This document shows positions 27,251 to 39,395 of a DNA stretch of 64,000 bases, piece after piece. Made by a program: the position numbers and the translations under genes. This DNA comes from Octopus vulgaris (lineage: Eukaryota), in NCBI GenBank assembly GCA_951406725.2, contig OX597820.1:95108001-95172000 (forward strand), given 5' to 3'. The notes under the pieces were generated by a model. It was not told the origin of the DNA, did no database searches, and worked only from the letters and a program-made list of their open reading frames with translations. How positions within the stretch are numbered: the first letter of the stretch is position 1; each line of letters starts with the position of its first letter.

Positions 27251-27658
27251 GTTTTCCATGAGTAACCTTTCAAAGCGCCTCGCTCTATTGGGAGTTTTTC
27301 TAACTGTTGTCGACTTTGCCTTTCATCCTTTCGGGGTCGATAAATTAAGTACCAGTTACGCACTGGGGTCGATGTAATGGACTTAATCCCTTTGTCTGTC
27401 CTTGTTTGTCCCCTCTATGTTTAGCCCCTTGTGGGTAGTAAAGAAATATATATTTTTCGCTGTTTTCCAATGTTTACACGGACGTTTCTTTTTCGCAAAA
27501 CTATTTGTACTTTTCGTCCTGTATTTGTCCTTATGTGTTTTTTACTTATATTAGCCCTTGTGGCCAATAAAACCAGAATTTATCATCATCGTCGTCATCA
27601 TCATCATCACACAATCACGAACACTAACTCTATTAGAACAAATTTACAACATAAGTTG

Positions 27659-27668
27659 ATGACGTCAT
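27659..27668. promoter_or_regulatory. Palindromic CRE/ATF site upstream of FAM32A
   Basis: ATGACGTCAT about 140 bp upstream of the FAM32A ATG, in CpG-retaining sequence. Confidence 0.5.
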
Positions 27669-27806
27669 TGTTAATGCACGAAAACGTAGTATACATAATA
27701 TTATAGTTTCTTCTTAGGAGCTACGGATCTTTAGAAATCTCTCCTGAATATTCTTTCCCTTCATAGTAAAAAAAATCTCTACAAAAACACTAATAAGGAA
27801 TTTAAA

Positions 27807-27871
27807 ATGTCTGATGTTTACTCATGTGCCAAAGGATCTCTTAAATTGAAAAAGCATGCGAAAGTAAATAA
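27807..27871 (+). CDS. FAM32A: FAM32A exon 1
   Basis: MSDVYSCAKGSLKLKKHAKVN(K), matching the FAM32A KGxLKLK motif; donor AA|GTAAGT, phase 2. Confidence 0.9.
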
Positions 27872-28488
27872 GTAAGTATTTTGTTTGAATACGTTCTTCT
27901 GGTGTGGAAAGAAGAAGAATGTGTTTTTTTGTTGTTTGTTTTTTTGGCACTACCGTATCTTTCATGAGACAGAAACAGTTTTCTCTTTCTCAAATGAAAG
28001 GGCAGCAACGAAACGAGATTCCCCTGCTCTACAGCGTATGCGAACTTGAATGAACTTGTAAACTTCTGTACATTTTGTGTCGACGCGACTGTACAGTTCT
28101 TTAATCAAAAGCATTTCACAACGATCCGTTCCGTTCTATTTTAACATATACTGCTCGCTGAACCCCATTACTTGATATGTTGCTGGATATGTGCACAGAG
28201 CAACGAAACTACTCTGCACATACTCGTCCTGTACCCAAACATTGCTGACTTTCGATGTTATGATTGAACACCTGCTGCCACATGTAAAATGGATCCAACT
28301 ATCCGCGGAGCCCTTTGTAAAGACCGTCCAACCACCTTACTTAGGCAAGGAAGGACAGGCGGTGTTTATCCGATGGTGGTTATGGAGAAAGAGGTTGTGT
28401 GGTGGACCAGATTGAAAGGGTTAAAAAGTAAGGTGTGAGTAGAGAGGGAAGTGCTGCTTACTTACAAATTTGTTGAAAGGTGAGAATG

Positions 28489-28744
28489 GCCGGTCCAAAA
28501 AGCAAAAAAAAAATTGTGTAATAGATGTAAAACAACTTCCTCTAAACGAATAGGAAAAAAAAATGCGCGCACGCGAAAGGGGAGTGGGGGAGAGACCTCG
28601 GAAAATTCACATCGAGAATTTCCGAAAGCGTCTGAGGGGCTGACCCGGGCACCAAAACAAAACAAAAAATAGTGTAATATGTGTAAAACACATATTACAC
28701 AAATTTTTTGTTTTTTTGACCGGGATTAACGCTTTAGTTTAACC
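28489..28744. mobile_element. Shorter relative of the 26577 MITE, opposite orientation, in FAM32A intron 1
   Basis: 28560-28690 is the reverse complement of about 27040-27165; ends in ...TTAACC; gaatgg on both flanks. Confidence 0.75.
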
Positions 28745-30574
28745 GAATGGTCCCAGTGAACTGGTAAGATCTTTGTATGTACCTGTAGAAAACAACAGGG
28801 AGAGGGCACTTCCCTTACTGTTCTGGGTGACCATGCTTTTGTGGGATTTCCACGAGTAGTCTTCAAACGTCTTCCATCTTTAGGGAGAATTATTTCTTCT
28901 TTGAATTCTTTTTGCTTTCTAATTGTTTACCTTTTCTCACACTCCTCTACATAATCTCACACTATCGCCCTCTATCATTCCCAATGTTTCTGTCAACCTT
29001 TTATGGTTAGTAAAGAAATTATTATTATGCCGAGGTCGACTTTGTCTTTCATCCTTTCGGAGTCGATAAAATAAGAGTATCCTTTGGAATACCAAGAGCG
29101 TCTATTTTTGTTTAGCGGTAGATCAACCCTGTTGAAATTGGCTTTTGATTAAATTCATATTAAGACAGTAAGGTTGTGACGTGAGGGAGATTTGGTTGCT
29201 ATTTCTAACAAGTCGAGCTACCCACGTAAGGTTGTGAATTAGCAGATTCTGAATTTGAATATCTTCATTGTTGACATTACTTTTCATCATTCCAGGGGTG
29301 ATAAAAAAAAAAAAAGAACCAGTAGTTAAGCAATTGAGTAAAATAAGTGACTGTTCCCTACTCCTAACATCTATGGTCTTGTTTCTATTATTAAAATTTT
29401 TGTCAGGTTTTAAAATATCTAAACGTGGTACATGGTTTCTAATCATGGATAGCCATTTCACATCTTTTGAGTTTCTAATATCATTAAGGAAGGTATGGAC
29501 CTTTGATTTCAATTATAATACAGTAAATTATTATAATTGTATTTTTTGTTGTTTTTGCTTACATATTAGCATATATTCTAACACTTCCCTCTATTATAAA
29601 TGTGTGCCCTCATACCTTCGTAACAAAACCCTGATATATGAAATTACATAGTTTGAGAAAAGAGGGTTGTTGAGATTGTTGTGACTGATACTCAACTTGA
29701 ATGTCAAATGAAAAAGGAGAGAAAACACAGTGTACTCGGCAACAAGCTTCCAATGACCAGGTGCTCCTACCAAACGAGCTGGTTTGTTATGTTTTGAATG
29801 TCTCCTCTGAATTCAAATCCAGCTTGTATAGCTGGCCAACTCTTTCTTAAATTACCACCAAAACTACTTCCTGGAAAAGACAAAAACATATTGGACTTGA
29901 GTTGGAGAGGAGCTAAACAACAGCAACACTGTTTCTTTCAATCTCTTCAGGGGTGAGAAAATAGTTTTTTTAACCGTCACACATTTAGATGGAGGGAATA
30001 GTCAATTAAATTGAACCCATAACTTGGCCGTGCTTCATCATCTTCGGAAAGACAATTGTAGTTGTTGTTGTTACCATTAAGGTGGAGGTAGTTTTCAGTT
30101 GTGTTTCTTTGTTTGTCCGTGGACAAGATATCTCAAGAACCACTGGATGGATTCGGATGACTGGCACGAAATGATTAGATTTGGGGATCGATCCGGTACC
30201 AGACATGGATCCTGGATTATTTGTTATGATTACGCCCTTACGTTGACTTTCAAGTGATTCTCAATTATCTCCCTTTAGGCTGTTTCCAAAGTTTTATTTT
30301 TGTTTTTTCATTATTAATTTCTACTATCTTAGTAGAAACTGATGGATAAAGAAATCAAAATACATAAACAAATGGCAGCAAAACCGTTCAGAAATTAAAT
30401 AGCAATAACATATTTTTATATTATATATTTTATATATTAACATTTTACAGTATACTTACATATATACATACATCGATCTAAAACAACAGGGATACTAAAG
30501 GAAGGCCAGAATTTAAGAGAAGACCAAGAAGTCTCACGCTATTCATTTATAAATCCCTGAGTAGAACTTATTAT

Positions 30575-30892
30575 TATTACCTCTGCCTTTGAAACTTTGG
30601 CTCGTATTAGATAAGGATAAACTATTTATTACTGTTACTAAATTTTTTACAGTCACCTTCACATTCCTTAACCACTATTGGGATCGATCAGGTACTGGAC
30701 AAAGATTCTGGATTATTTTTCTGTTTGCTTTTACTTAATTTTTGAGAACAGTTGGGTTCATTTTTAGTATTCTCGTTTGTGAGAGCAGTTGAGTTTATTT
30801 CAGATATTCTCATTTTAAAAACCATCTCTGGCTAATCGTTGAAAGGATGTTGGTGTTGCCTTGGCAGAGGTTTGCGCTCTCTGAGTGTTCAT
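30575..30892 (+). mobile_element. Helentron/DINE-like non-autonomous element remnant (related piece at about 30080-30230)
   Basis: 5' ttacctctgcc with inverted subterminal ggcagaggt, followed by the stem-loop gcgctctctgagtgt. Confidence 0.55.
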
Positions 30893-30907
30893 CATTATTA
30901 TTATCAT

Positions 30908-31570
30908 TAAGGCGACAAGCTGGCAGAATTGTTAGCACGCTGAATGAGATGCTATACGGTACTTCGCCCATTGCTACGTTCTGTGTTCAAATTCTATCAA
31001 GGCCGACTTTGCCTTTCATTATTTCGGGGTCGATAAATTAAATACTAGTTGCATACTAGGGTCGATCTAATAGACTGGCCCTTCTTCCCCAAAATTTCGG
31101 GCCTTGTGCTCATAGTAGAAAGGATTATTATTATTATTAAGACGGCGATCTGGCAGAATCGTTAGCGTGCTGGACGAAATGCTTAGCAGTATTTCGCCTC
31201 TGGCTATGTTCTGAGTTCAAATTCTGCCAAGGTTGACTTTGCCTTTCATCCTTTCGGAATCGATTAAATAAGTATAAGTTACACACTGGGGTCAATTCAA
31301 TCTACTTTTCTCCTCCCCCAAAAATTGTGGCAAAATTTGGAACCATTATTATTATTTAAAGGCAGTGAGCTGGTAGAATTGTTAGCATGCCAGGCAAAAT
31401 GCTAGCGGTATTTGATTTGCCACTACGCTCTGAGTTCAAATTTCGCTGGGGTCGACTTTACTTGTCATCCTTTCAGGGTTTATTAAGTAAGTACCAGTTA
31501 CACACTGGGGTTGATGTAATCAAATTTGAGGCCTTGTGCATCCAGTAGATAGGATTATTATTATTATTAC
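30908..31570 (+). mobile_element. Three old head-to-tail SINE family B copies separated by (ATT)n, ending just before FAM32A exon 2; similar cluster at 40815-41590
   Basis: Repeated ggcgagctggcagaa head, gttcaaattc B box and gcctttcatcc core. Confidence 0.8.
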
Positions 31571-31586
31571 TATTTGTTTTTAATAG

Positions 31587-31734
31587 GAAAAGTTCTGGAT
31601 CCAAATCAAAAAAATTGAAGAAATCACTGGAAAAAGTTTCCAGTGACTCAGAAGTTCTGGATCCTTCTCTTCGAAAAGTTGTTGAAAAACAGACAAATGC
31701 TGAATTAGCTTTTGAAAAAGCTCGTGACAAAAGG
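31587..31734 (+). CDS. FAM32A: FAM32A exon 2
   Basis: Acceptor tttttaatAG; KSSGSKSKKLKKSLEKVSSDSEVLDPSLRKVVEKQTNAELAFEKARDKR; donor AGG|GTAAGT; frame joins exon 1. Confidence 0.9.
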
Positions 31735-32799
31735 GTAAGTATATGATTTCTAAATATACTATTTACACCTTACCTTCTCTCTCTTTCATACACACATAAT
31801 GTTTACTTTTATGTCAGTTCGAGTCTGTAGGAGAATTCATCATCATCATCATTGTTTAACATTTGCCTTCTATGCTAGCATGAGTGGGACGGTTTAACAG
31901 GAGCCCATCAGGCAGAAGCTTGCACCAGACTTCTGTGACCGTTTTGGCAGGATTTTTATAGCTGGATGCCCTTCCTAACATCAACCACCCAGCAGAGTGG
32001 ACTTAGTACTTTTTACATGGCACAAGCACAGGCAAGGTCAGTTTTGGCATGGTTTTTACAGATGGATGCCCTTCCAAATGGAATGAAGACAGAAATAGGT
32101 GTGCTGCGACAAAGGAGATACATGGTTACCCGACTTGAGGGAAGTGCAAGAGAAGGAGAGAGCATGTGAGAGACAGCAGGATAAAGATAGTAGCAAAGTA
32201 TTGAGCATACTCACAAAGGTATGAGATCAGAATATAAATAAGATGGTCAAGTAAAGGCAGAGGGAGATATAGATAATAGCAAGTGCCAGGGCATACCCTT
32301 GAGGTTCAAAGGTCATAATATAAGTTGCAGGATATTGCCAAAGAAGCATGATTAGAAGACTGGAGAGGGGAAGTGAGTGGTGAAAACCTACATATATATG
32401 TATGTATATATATATATATATATATATATAGTGTGTGGTGGGGCCACCAGATAGCAATGATACAGAGAAATGGCCATGAGAACAGAACTGGGGAGTGAGA
32501 GGCTGGCATAGTGCACGAAGGAGGAAATGTGAGGAAGAGATATAGATTGATTTGTTGGGGTAGGGTGTGTGCAAAGTTTTCTTGTTACATGTGGGTGGAA
32601 CACACCGGTCAGGGACTAGTAGATAGCAATGATACAGTGAGACAGGGCCAAGAGAGCAAGGATCGGGGAGTGGGAGGTAAGCATAGTGCATGAATTGAGA
32701 ATGTGACGGAGAGAGGAGATGTAGTTTGGTTTGTTGTGGTAGGGTGTGTGAGAAATTTTCTTGTTATGCGTGGGTGGGGTACACAGCACTTCTAGAACT

Positions 32800-33800
32800 C
32801 AGTTTCGTTGACATGGGCAGGTCTTCTCAAGAATTAGAACGGAAATTCCAGGCATTGAAGCTAAAGCTAGAATCAAGAGGTCTTAGGTAAACTTAGCAAG
32901 AAAAAAGGTTTTAGTAACTGGGAAAGTAGAAAGGGCCCTGGTATGTTTCAGAGAAATGGCCTTGCTCAATACACAGAAGGGAGTGGGTATAAATTCCATA
33001 CAATGGATACAAGATATAGGTATAAACTATATCGTATGAGTATAAACTCATTGGTTATGCACATTGTGTGGTATAAAGTCCATACAATGGTCACAAGGTA
33101 TAGCAGGATCATAGGCAAACTAGCAGAGAATATATCATCATATGTAATAATGCACTGAAGCAATACATTCCATGCACCAGTCTATATACACTGGAAACAG
33201 ACTCCCTTGAAAGCCTGGGTGGCTCACGAGTAGTAGTTGATAGCTTTTGTTACCTAGGAGATGTAATCATTAAGGGAGGTGGTTGATCCAAAACTACAGC
33301 TGCCAGAGTAAGAAGAGATTGGAAAAAGTTCAGCGAGCTACTATTGTTGTTGGCAACAAAGGTCTTTTTCCGCAGAGCAAAAGGCAGATTGTATGATGCT
33401 TATGTTAGAACTGCAATACTGCACAGTAGTGAGACATGAGCCTTAAATGTAGAGGATATGAGAAAACTGGAAAGAAATTATGCTAGTGTGCTCCTATGGA
33501 TATGCAATGTAAGAGTACACAATATAGTATAAATGTGCTGAGAGAAAAACTGGACATACGAGGAATCAGATGTAGTGTACAACAAAAAAAAAAATGGAAT
33601 GGTATGAACATGTGATGTGTATGGATGAGGACAGTTGTATAAAGACATGCCGATCTTTAAATATGGCTGGAGTTTGTGGATGAAGGAGACCTAGAAAGGC
33701 ATGAGACAAAGTGGTGAAGGCTGACTTCGTGACACTGAGCCTCACAAAGAAAATGATAAATGATGGAAGTGGTATGAAATTCTTGAGAAAACCTGTCCAT
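32800..33800 (+). mobile_element. Old RTE LINE remnant
   Basis: VVDSFCYLGD, WKKFSELL and ILHSSET motifs with many stops. Confidence 0.75.
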
Positions 33801-34373
33801 TGCAACAAGACTGACTTCTGAAAGCACTGTGTGTATATATTATATATGTGTGTGCACAAATGGATACCTCACTTAATCAACCTCTTTCACATCTCTCCCA
33901 CTGCAGCTCTTCTGCCCCACACCCCCACCCGACTACATTACTTTCTTGTTAGCCATTCTTCATCCACTGATATTGTTCTCTACACCCACCTGCTATAGTG
34001 GTCATCCCATCCCTCTCCCTTCTCCCACTAAATTATATCTCCTTATGCATTATGTTGTCTTTCTTTCTCTCCCTCTGTTGTCTTCCTCCTATGAACTGTA
34101 TCATCATTAATTACCATCCTGTTGCTAGCATCCCTATACTTTTCCTACTACTAACCATCTCCCACTCCCATGACCATCACTCCCTCCATCCACCCTTCGA
34201 TGCTACCTAATCTTTACAGATATTGCCTACCTCCCTTCTCTCTTGCCTCCCCCCATACACTTGCAAACCTCCGCGCACGCACACACACTCACTACAGCAA
34301 GAAAGAAATGTGGTTTTGGGTGGGTAGATGGAAGAGATGTGAAGGCAATTGATTGAAATGCCCATTATATATA

Positions 34374-35220
34374 CAGGATGCGATGGGTAAATTGTTGCCA
34401 TTTTATATTTTTAATTTCAAACATGTACATTGTTTATTTTTGATTTTGTTGACTACACAGTATAGTAGGGTCTGTTGGGCACCATCGGTAAGAAAAACAG
34501 CACTATGATGTAATTCACTCTGCCAGATATTTGGAAATGACATGCTGTACTGCTTGGCATTTGTGCCAGAAGCTCCAGTACAAACATTTCAATCTGAGGA
34601 CATATACCGAGAGTGATAAAAATCAAAACATCCAACCAACATCATGGGGTTTGAAGTGATCGCTAGTGTTGGTGATGTTATGCCTCCATTCATCTTCTCA
34701 TGCTACCTGAGACTCAACACTGAGGCCTACATCAAGTGCCTGGAGGAGTAGTGCTGTCCTGGATCAAGAGGGTGGCTGCTAGAAGACCCTATGTCTAGCA
34801 ACAGGACTCTACACCATGCCACACAAGCAGGAGAACCCAGTCATGGCTGTCAGACAATTTCTGCAACCACATCAGTCCTAACATCTGACCACCTAACTCC
34901 CCAGACTGTAACCCCCTTGATTATTATGTGTGGGATGCAGATAAGCAAGAGACTAACAAAACTCCTTGTAACATCAAAGATAACTGAAGGCAAAGATTAT
35001 GGCAGCATTCACCAATTTAAAAAAGGAGACTATCCAGATGAGATGCAGGAGATTCCAAGGACGTCTGGAAGCTGAGGTTGAAGCTAATTGTGATTTTATT
35101 GAATAAATTTACTCTTTAATATTTCAAGATATTTTTATGTAATTTTGGTAAATATATCTATTACAATGAGATGTAATTTTCATTTTTGCATAATTTAGAC
35201 AATTTATTCATCACACCTTG
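34374..35220 (+). mobile_element. Second internally deleted maT element
   Basis: Co-linear with 6822-8127; TA|CAGGATG...CACCTTG|TA. Confidence 0.85.
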
Positions 35221-35294
35221 TATATATATAAATATCATCCAACCCATGCTAGCATGGAAAACGGACGCTAAACGATGATAATGATGATGATGAT

Positions 35295-36080
35295 CATCAT
35301 CATCATCATCATTTAACGTCCGTTTTCCATGCTAGCATGGGTTGGATGGTTCGACTGGTGTCTGCGAAGACAGGAGGCTGCACCAGGCTCCAGTCTGATC
35401 TGGCAGTGTTTCTACAACTGGATACCCTTCCTAATGCCAACCACTCCATGAGTGTAGTGGGTGCTTTTTACGTGCCACTGGCACTGGGATCACAACTGCA
35501 ATTTCCATTTGATTTTCATTTTGATTTTGATATACTTGACTCAATAGGTCTCCTCGAGCACAGCATGTTGCCATATGATCCAAGGTACTTTTGAATGGGC
35601 TGCAGCTGGTTATGCGAAACTGGTGTAGGATACAGCCATGAACTCACTTCATTTGCCAGGCCTTCATAGTCAAAGCATATCTCTAGAGGTCATGGTCTTT
35701 TGTCATTGCCTCTGTAAGGCCCAACGTTCAAAGGTCATGCTTCATTACCTCATCCCATGTCTTCCTGGGTCTATCTCTACCCCAAATTCCTTCAACTGTT
35801 TGGAAGTGGCACTTCTTCACACAGCTCTCTTCATCCATCCATAGTACATGACCACACCAGCGCAAACGTCTCTCTTGCAAACCACATCCGATGCTTCTTA
35901 TGTCCAACATTTCTCTCTGGGCACTTACACTCTGTTGTGTGTGCACACTGACATTACACATCCAGCAGATCATGCTAGCTTCATTTCTTTCAAGCCTAAT
36001 GATGTCCTCAGCAGTCACAGCCAATGTTTCACTGCCGTGAAGCATGGCAATTCACACACATACATCATACAATCTATTAT
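35295..36080 (-). mobile_element. RTE LINE 3' part
   Basis: MLHGSETLAVT...ERRLRWCGHVLWMDE...RPRKTW, with an (ATC)n tail. Confidence 0.88.
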
Positions 36081-36094
36081 TTGATCCAGTTAGC

Positions 36095-36540
36095 TTCAGT
36101 ATACTTCGGCCATGATTGATGAGCCAGGTTTAATGAAATCATAATGGATTACACCTGCGTCAGACCACCAAACACACACCATCAGCTTCTTTTGATGAAT
36201 TTTGCTTTTTGGACTGTCTTGGTGGCTCATCATTGTCCAGCCATTGTGCTGAATATTTACGGTTGTTCTATTGGATCCATTTCTCATCACGTTACAATTT
36301 GATTCAAAAATGACTCATTTCCAAAAAAAGAACTCATATTTCAAAACTGTACGAATTTCCAACTTATCCATCTCTAAACAAGAATAGCAAAAGATGATTT
36401 ATAAATTCTTTATAAAGTGCAAAATGAGTTAGAATAAAGAAATAGATGTGTCAGCTTTCTAACAAAAAAATAAAGATTGTCAAAATATAATCATGGTGCA
36501 AAATGAGCAGCTGACAAATTTCATACTTGACGACCTAATA
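36095..36540 (-). mobile_element. mariner remnant
   Basis: KLMVCVWWSDAGVIHYDFIKPG; TIR tattaggtcgtcaagtatgaaa at 36540. Confidence 0.75.
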
Positions 36541-36644
36541 TGTGTACACACACACACATACATTCAAACTTTATGTTAACCATGTTTCTGCTCTTTTCAT
36601 TATCTGCTGTTTGTATTTATTTTGTTTTGTTTTTACTTTTATAG

Positions 36645-36698
36645 TTAGTTGAACAGATTATGGAACGTGCCTCCAAGTCACACAAGGAACGAATTATG
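36645..36698 (+). CDS. FAM32A: FAM32A exon 3
   Basis: Polypyrimidine tract plus atAG; LVEQIMERASKSHKERIM (cf. the conserved ASKTHKQRV motif); donor ATG|GTAAC. Confidence 0.92.
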
Positions 36699-39273
36699 GT
36701 AACATTCTCCTTTAATTTAGTTCTAGTTCATTATAATTATCATTGTCACCATCTATCATTGTGTTCATCATCTATCACTTGTCATTGTTATCATCATCAC
36801 TAGCATGATCTTTCATTATCACTAATGTCCATATGGACATCAAGAAACCAATGAGAAGGTCTCTCTGATGCTGTTCAACTTGCTAGAAATAGCAGCAAAA
36901 TCCCCCTCATCCTTTTCCTTCAAATCAGAACAGTAAAGACACATTGAATAATGTCTTAGTCTTAGTTCCTCTGGCTCCTCATGGAGTGTTGAGTGATGAG
37001 AAATCTCTGCCCAGCTCAGTTGCAAGCCCTGTCATGAGCCTGCTCCCTGGCCAGGCTCATGTCTATGAAGACTTCCTTCACTGTCCTCAGTCAGGCTTTA
37101 GGTCTGCCTTCTATGCCTCCACTATAGCTTCTACTCATGAGAGGTTCCCATTGGACTCTATGTGTTTCATGTGGCCAAGCATCTTCACCGTGAAGATATC
37201 TGTAGGTTATTCGACCCAGCCCTTTCCATGACTTTTTCCATTTGTGATATAATTACACCAAGAAAGTCTTAGTATGGTTTTAAGTCAATATCTATGGCAG
37301 TTTCGGGTGTCATCATCATCATCATCGTTTAACGTCCGTTTTCCATGCTAGCATGGGTTGGATGGTTCAACTGGGGTCTGGGAAGCCAGAAGGCTGCGCC
37401 AGGCCCAGTCTGATCTGGCAATGTTTCTACAACTGGATGCCCTTCCTAATGCCAACCACTCCGTGAGTGTAGTGGGTGCTTTTTACGTGCCACCTGCACA
37501 GGGTGTATTGTCTGAAAATTAAGTCATTTCTACCATCACCAGATGTTGTCAGTTTAGTTACTGATGGTCCATCTGTGCAACAGGTTGTACTGGGTTACAT
37601 GTTACTAGTGCCACTGAAGAGCAACCTAACAGAATACATACACACATTATATTAGTGAATGTAGTCTTTGTGCGAGTCAAATATGTCCCAAACATATATG
37701 ACTTGTACAAGGATTGTATACACTACTGCATGCACATTTCAAGATGCCTTCTTGTAGAAGCAATGAATGCATTTCAAGCTTCTTGCCTATTATCAGACTG
37801 TGTACGTTTTGCCTTAAGTGGGAATTTTCAATGGCAATAATTTTAAACATTCTTATTTGCAAAAATGTTGTTTAATGCTTCTTAACATTCTTTTGTCTTA
37901 TTATTTACCCCTAATTAAATATGATGGCTCAAACAAATGTGAACAAATTGTAGCATTGAAAATGGCTGGTATAAAGAATTGTGAGGTGATAAAACAGTTG
38001 CATTAAGGGTTATGGTGAAAGCAAGGGTTGGCCATTTTGAATTGTAAATATGTGTAAAATACTGTCAATAAATATAACAACCAACTTACTCTTTTACTTG
38101 TTTCAGTCATTTGACTGCGGCCATGCTGGAGCACCGCCTTTAGTCGAGCAAATCAACCCCAGGACTTATTCTTTGTAAGCCCAGCACTTATTCTATCGGT
38201 CTATTTTGCCAAACTGCTAAGTGATGGGGACGTAAACACACCAGCATCGGTTGTCAAGCAATGCTAGGGGGACAAACACATACACACATATACATATATA
38301 CGACAGGCTTCTTTCAGTTTCCGTCTACCAAATCCACTCACAAGGCATTGGTCAGCCCGGGGCTATAGCAGAAGACACTTGCCCAAGATGCCACGCAGTG
38401 GGACTGAACCCGGAACCATGTGGTTGGTTAGCACACAGCCACTCCTGTAAATTTTCATTAACCTAAATGTAAAACTTTTTATTTTATGATGAAATAAATA
38501 ATGGGTAATATATGCTACACTCAGAGTGTTTGTGTGTGTGTACATACCTTCAAGCATACATACATATACACACATACATCACTTTTCCAAGCTTTGCTTA
38601 GTCAAACAGAATTTCTGGAGGTAGATTTTCTCCAGCCAAATAACCCTCTTACTTAACCTCCATTATTTACTTGCAATATATTTTCCCCATAGCTGGCATG
38701 TTTTCATGGAAGACTTGAACAAACAATCTTGTCTACACACACACACACATATTTATATGTGTATGTGACACTTCTTTCAGTTTCTATCAACCAAATCCAC
38801 TCACAAGGCTTTGGTTAGTCCAGTTCTATGGTAGAAAACACTTAAACAAGATGCTACACTATGAGACTGACCTATGAACACATGATTATGAAGCAAGCTT
38901 CTTAACCACACACACACATAAATGGTGTGCTTCTTTTAGTTTTCACCTCCCAAATCCATTCACCAGTCTTCATTATAGTAGGAGACACTTGCTCAAGTTG
39001 CCACACTTAGTACTGGGCTCAAAACCACATATTTGGGGAGTGAACATCTTAATCACAGTGCCATAACTACACCTTTTAGTGTAATTCAATATAAGTTAAA
39101 TATCTATAAACTTTTAAAATATAAGACATATTATTTCTTTTAACATTGATGTCTCCCCATAGATTCATTCTTATGTGCTTGCAGCTTGCCCCTTGTATTA
39201 GTAAGGTTCCTCACTATGGCTTTATATGTAAAATTTGAAGCATTTCTTGATTTTATTTCATTCTGTTTTGCAG

Positions 39274-39342
39274 GATTTCAACCGGCACTTGGACACTCTC
39301 ACTGAACACTTTGACATTCCCAAAGTCAGCTGGACAAAATGA
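39274..39342 (+). CDS. FAM32A: FAM32A exon 4 (stop); spliced CDS 336 nt, 111 aa
   Basis: Acceptor ttttgcAG; DFNRHLDTLTEHFDIPKVSWTK* is the highly conserved FAM32A C-terminus. Confidence 0.95.
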   Translation, partial: DFNRHLDTLTEHFDIPKVSWTK

Positions 39343-39389
39343 AAGATTCACAAGGCTTCGTCTCATTTTCTTTGTACAGAACATCTGAT

Positions 39390-39395
39390 AATAAA
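39390..39395 (+). terminator. Candidate FAM32A polyadenylation signal
   Basis: AATAAA 47 nt after the stop codon, followed by T-rich sequence. Confidence 0.5.

Noticed and set aside
29123-29651. Overlapping 129-aa and 127-aa ORFs in FAM32A intron 1
   Set aside because: No recognisable motif or splice support; probably an old TE remnant or chance.
31473-31730. Minus-strand 85-aa ORF
   Set aside because: Antisense shadow of FAM32A exon 2.
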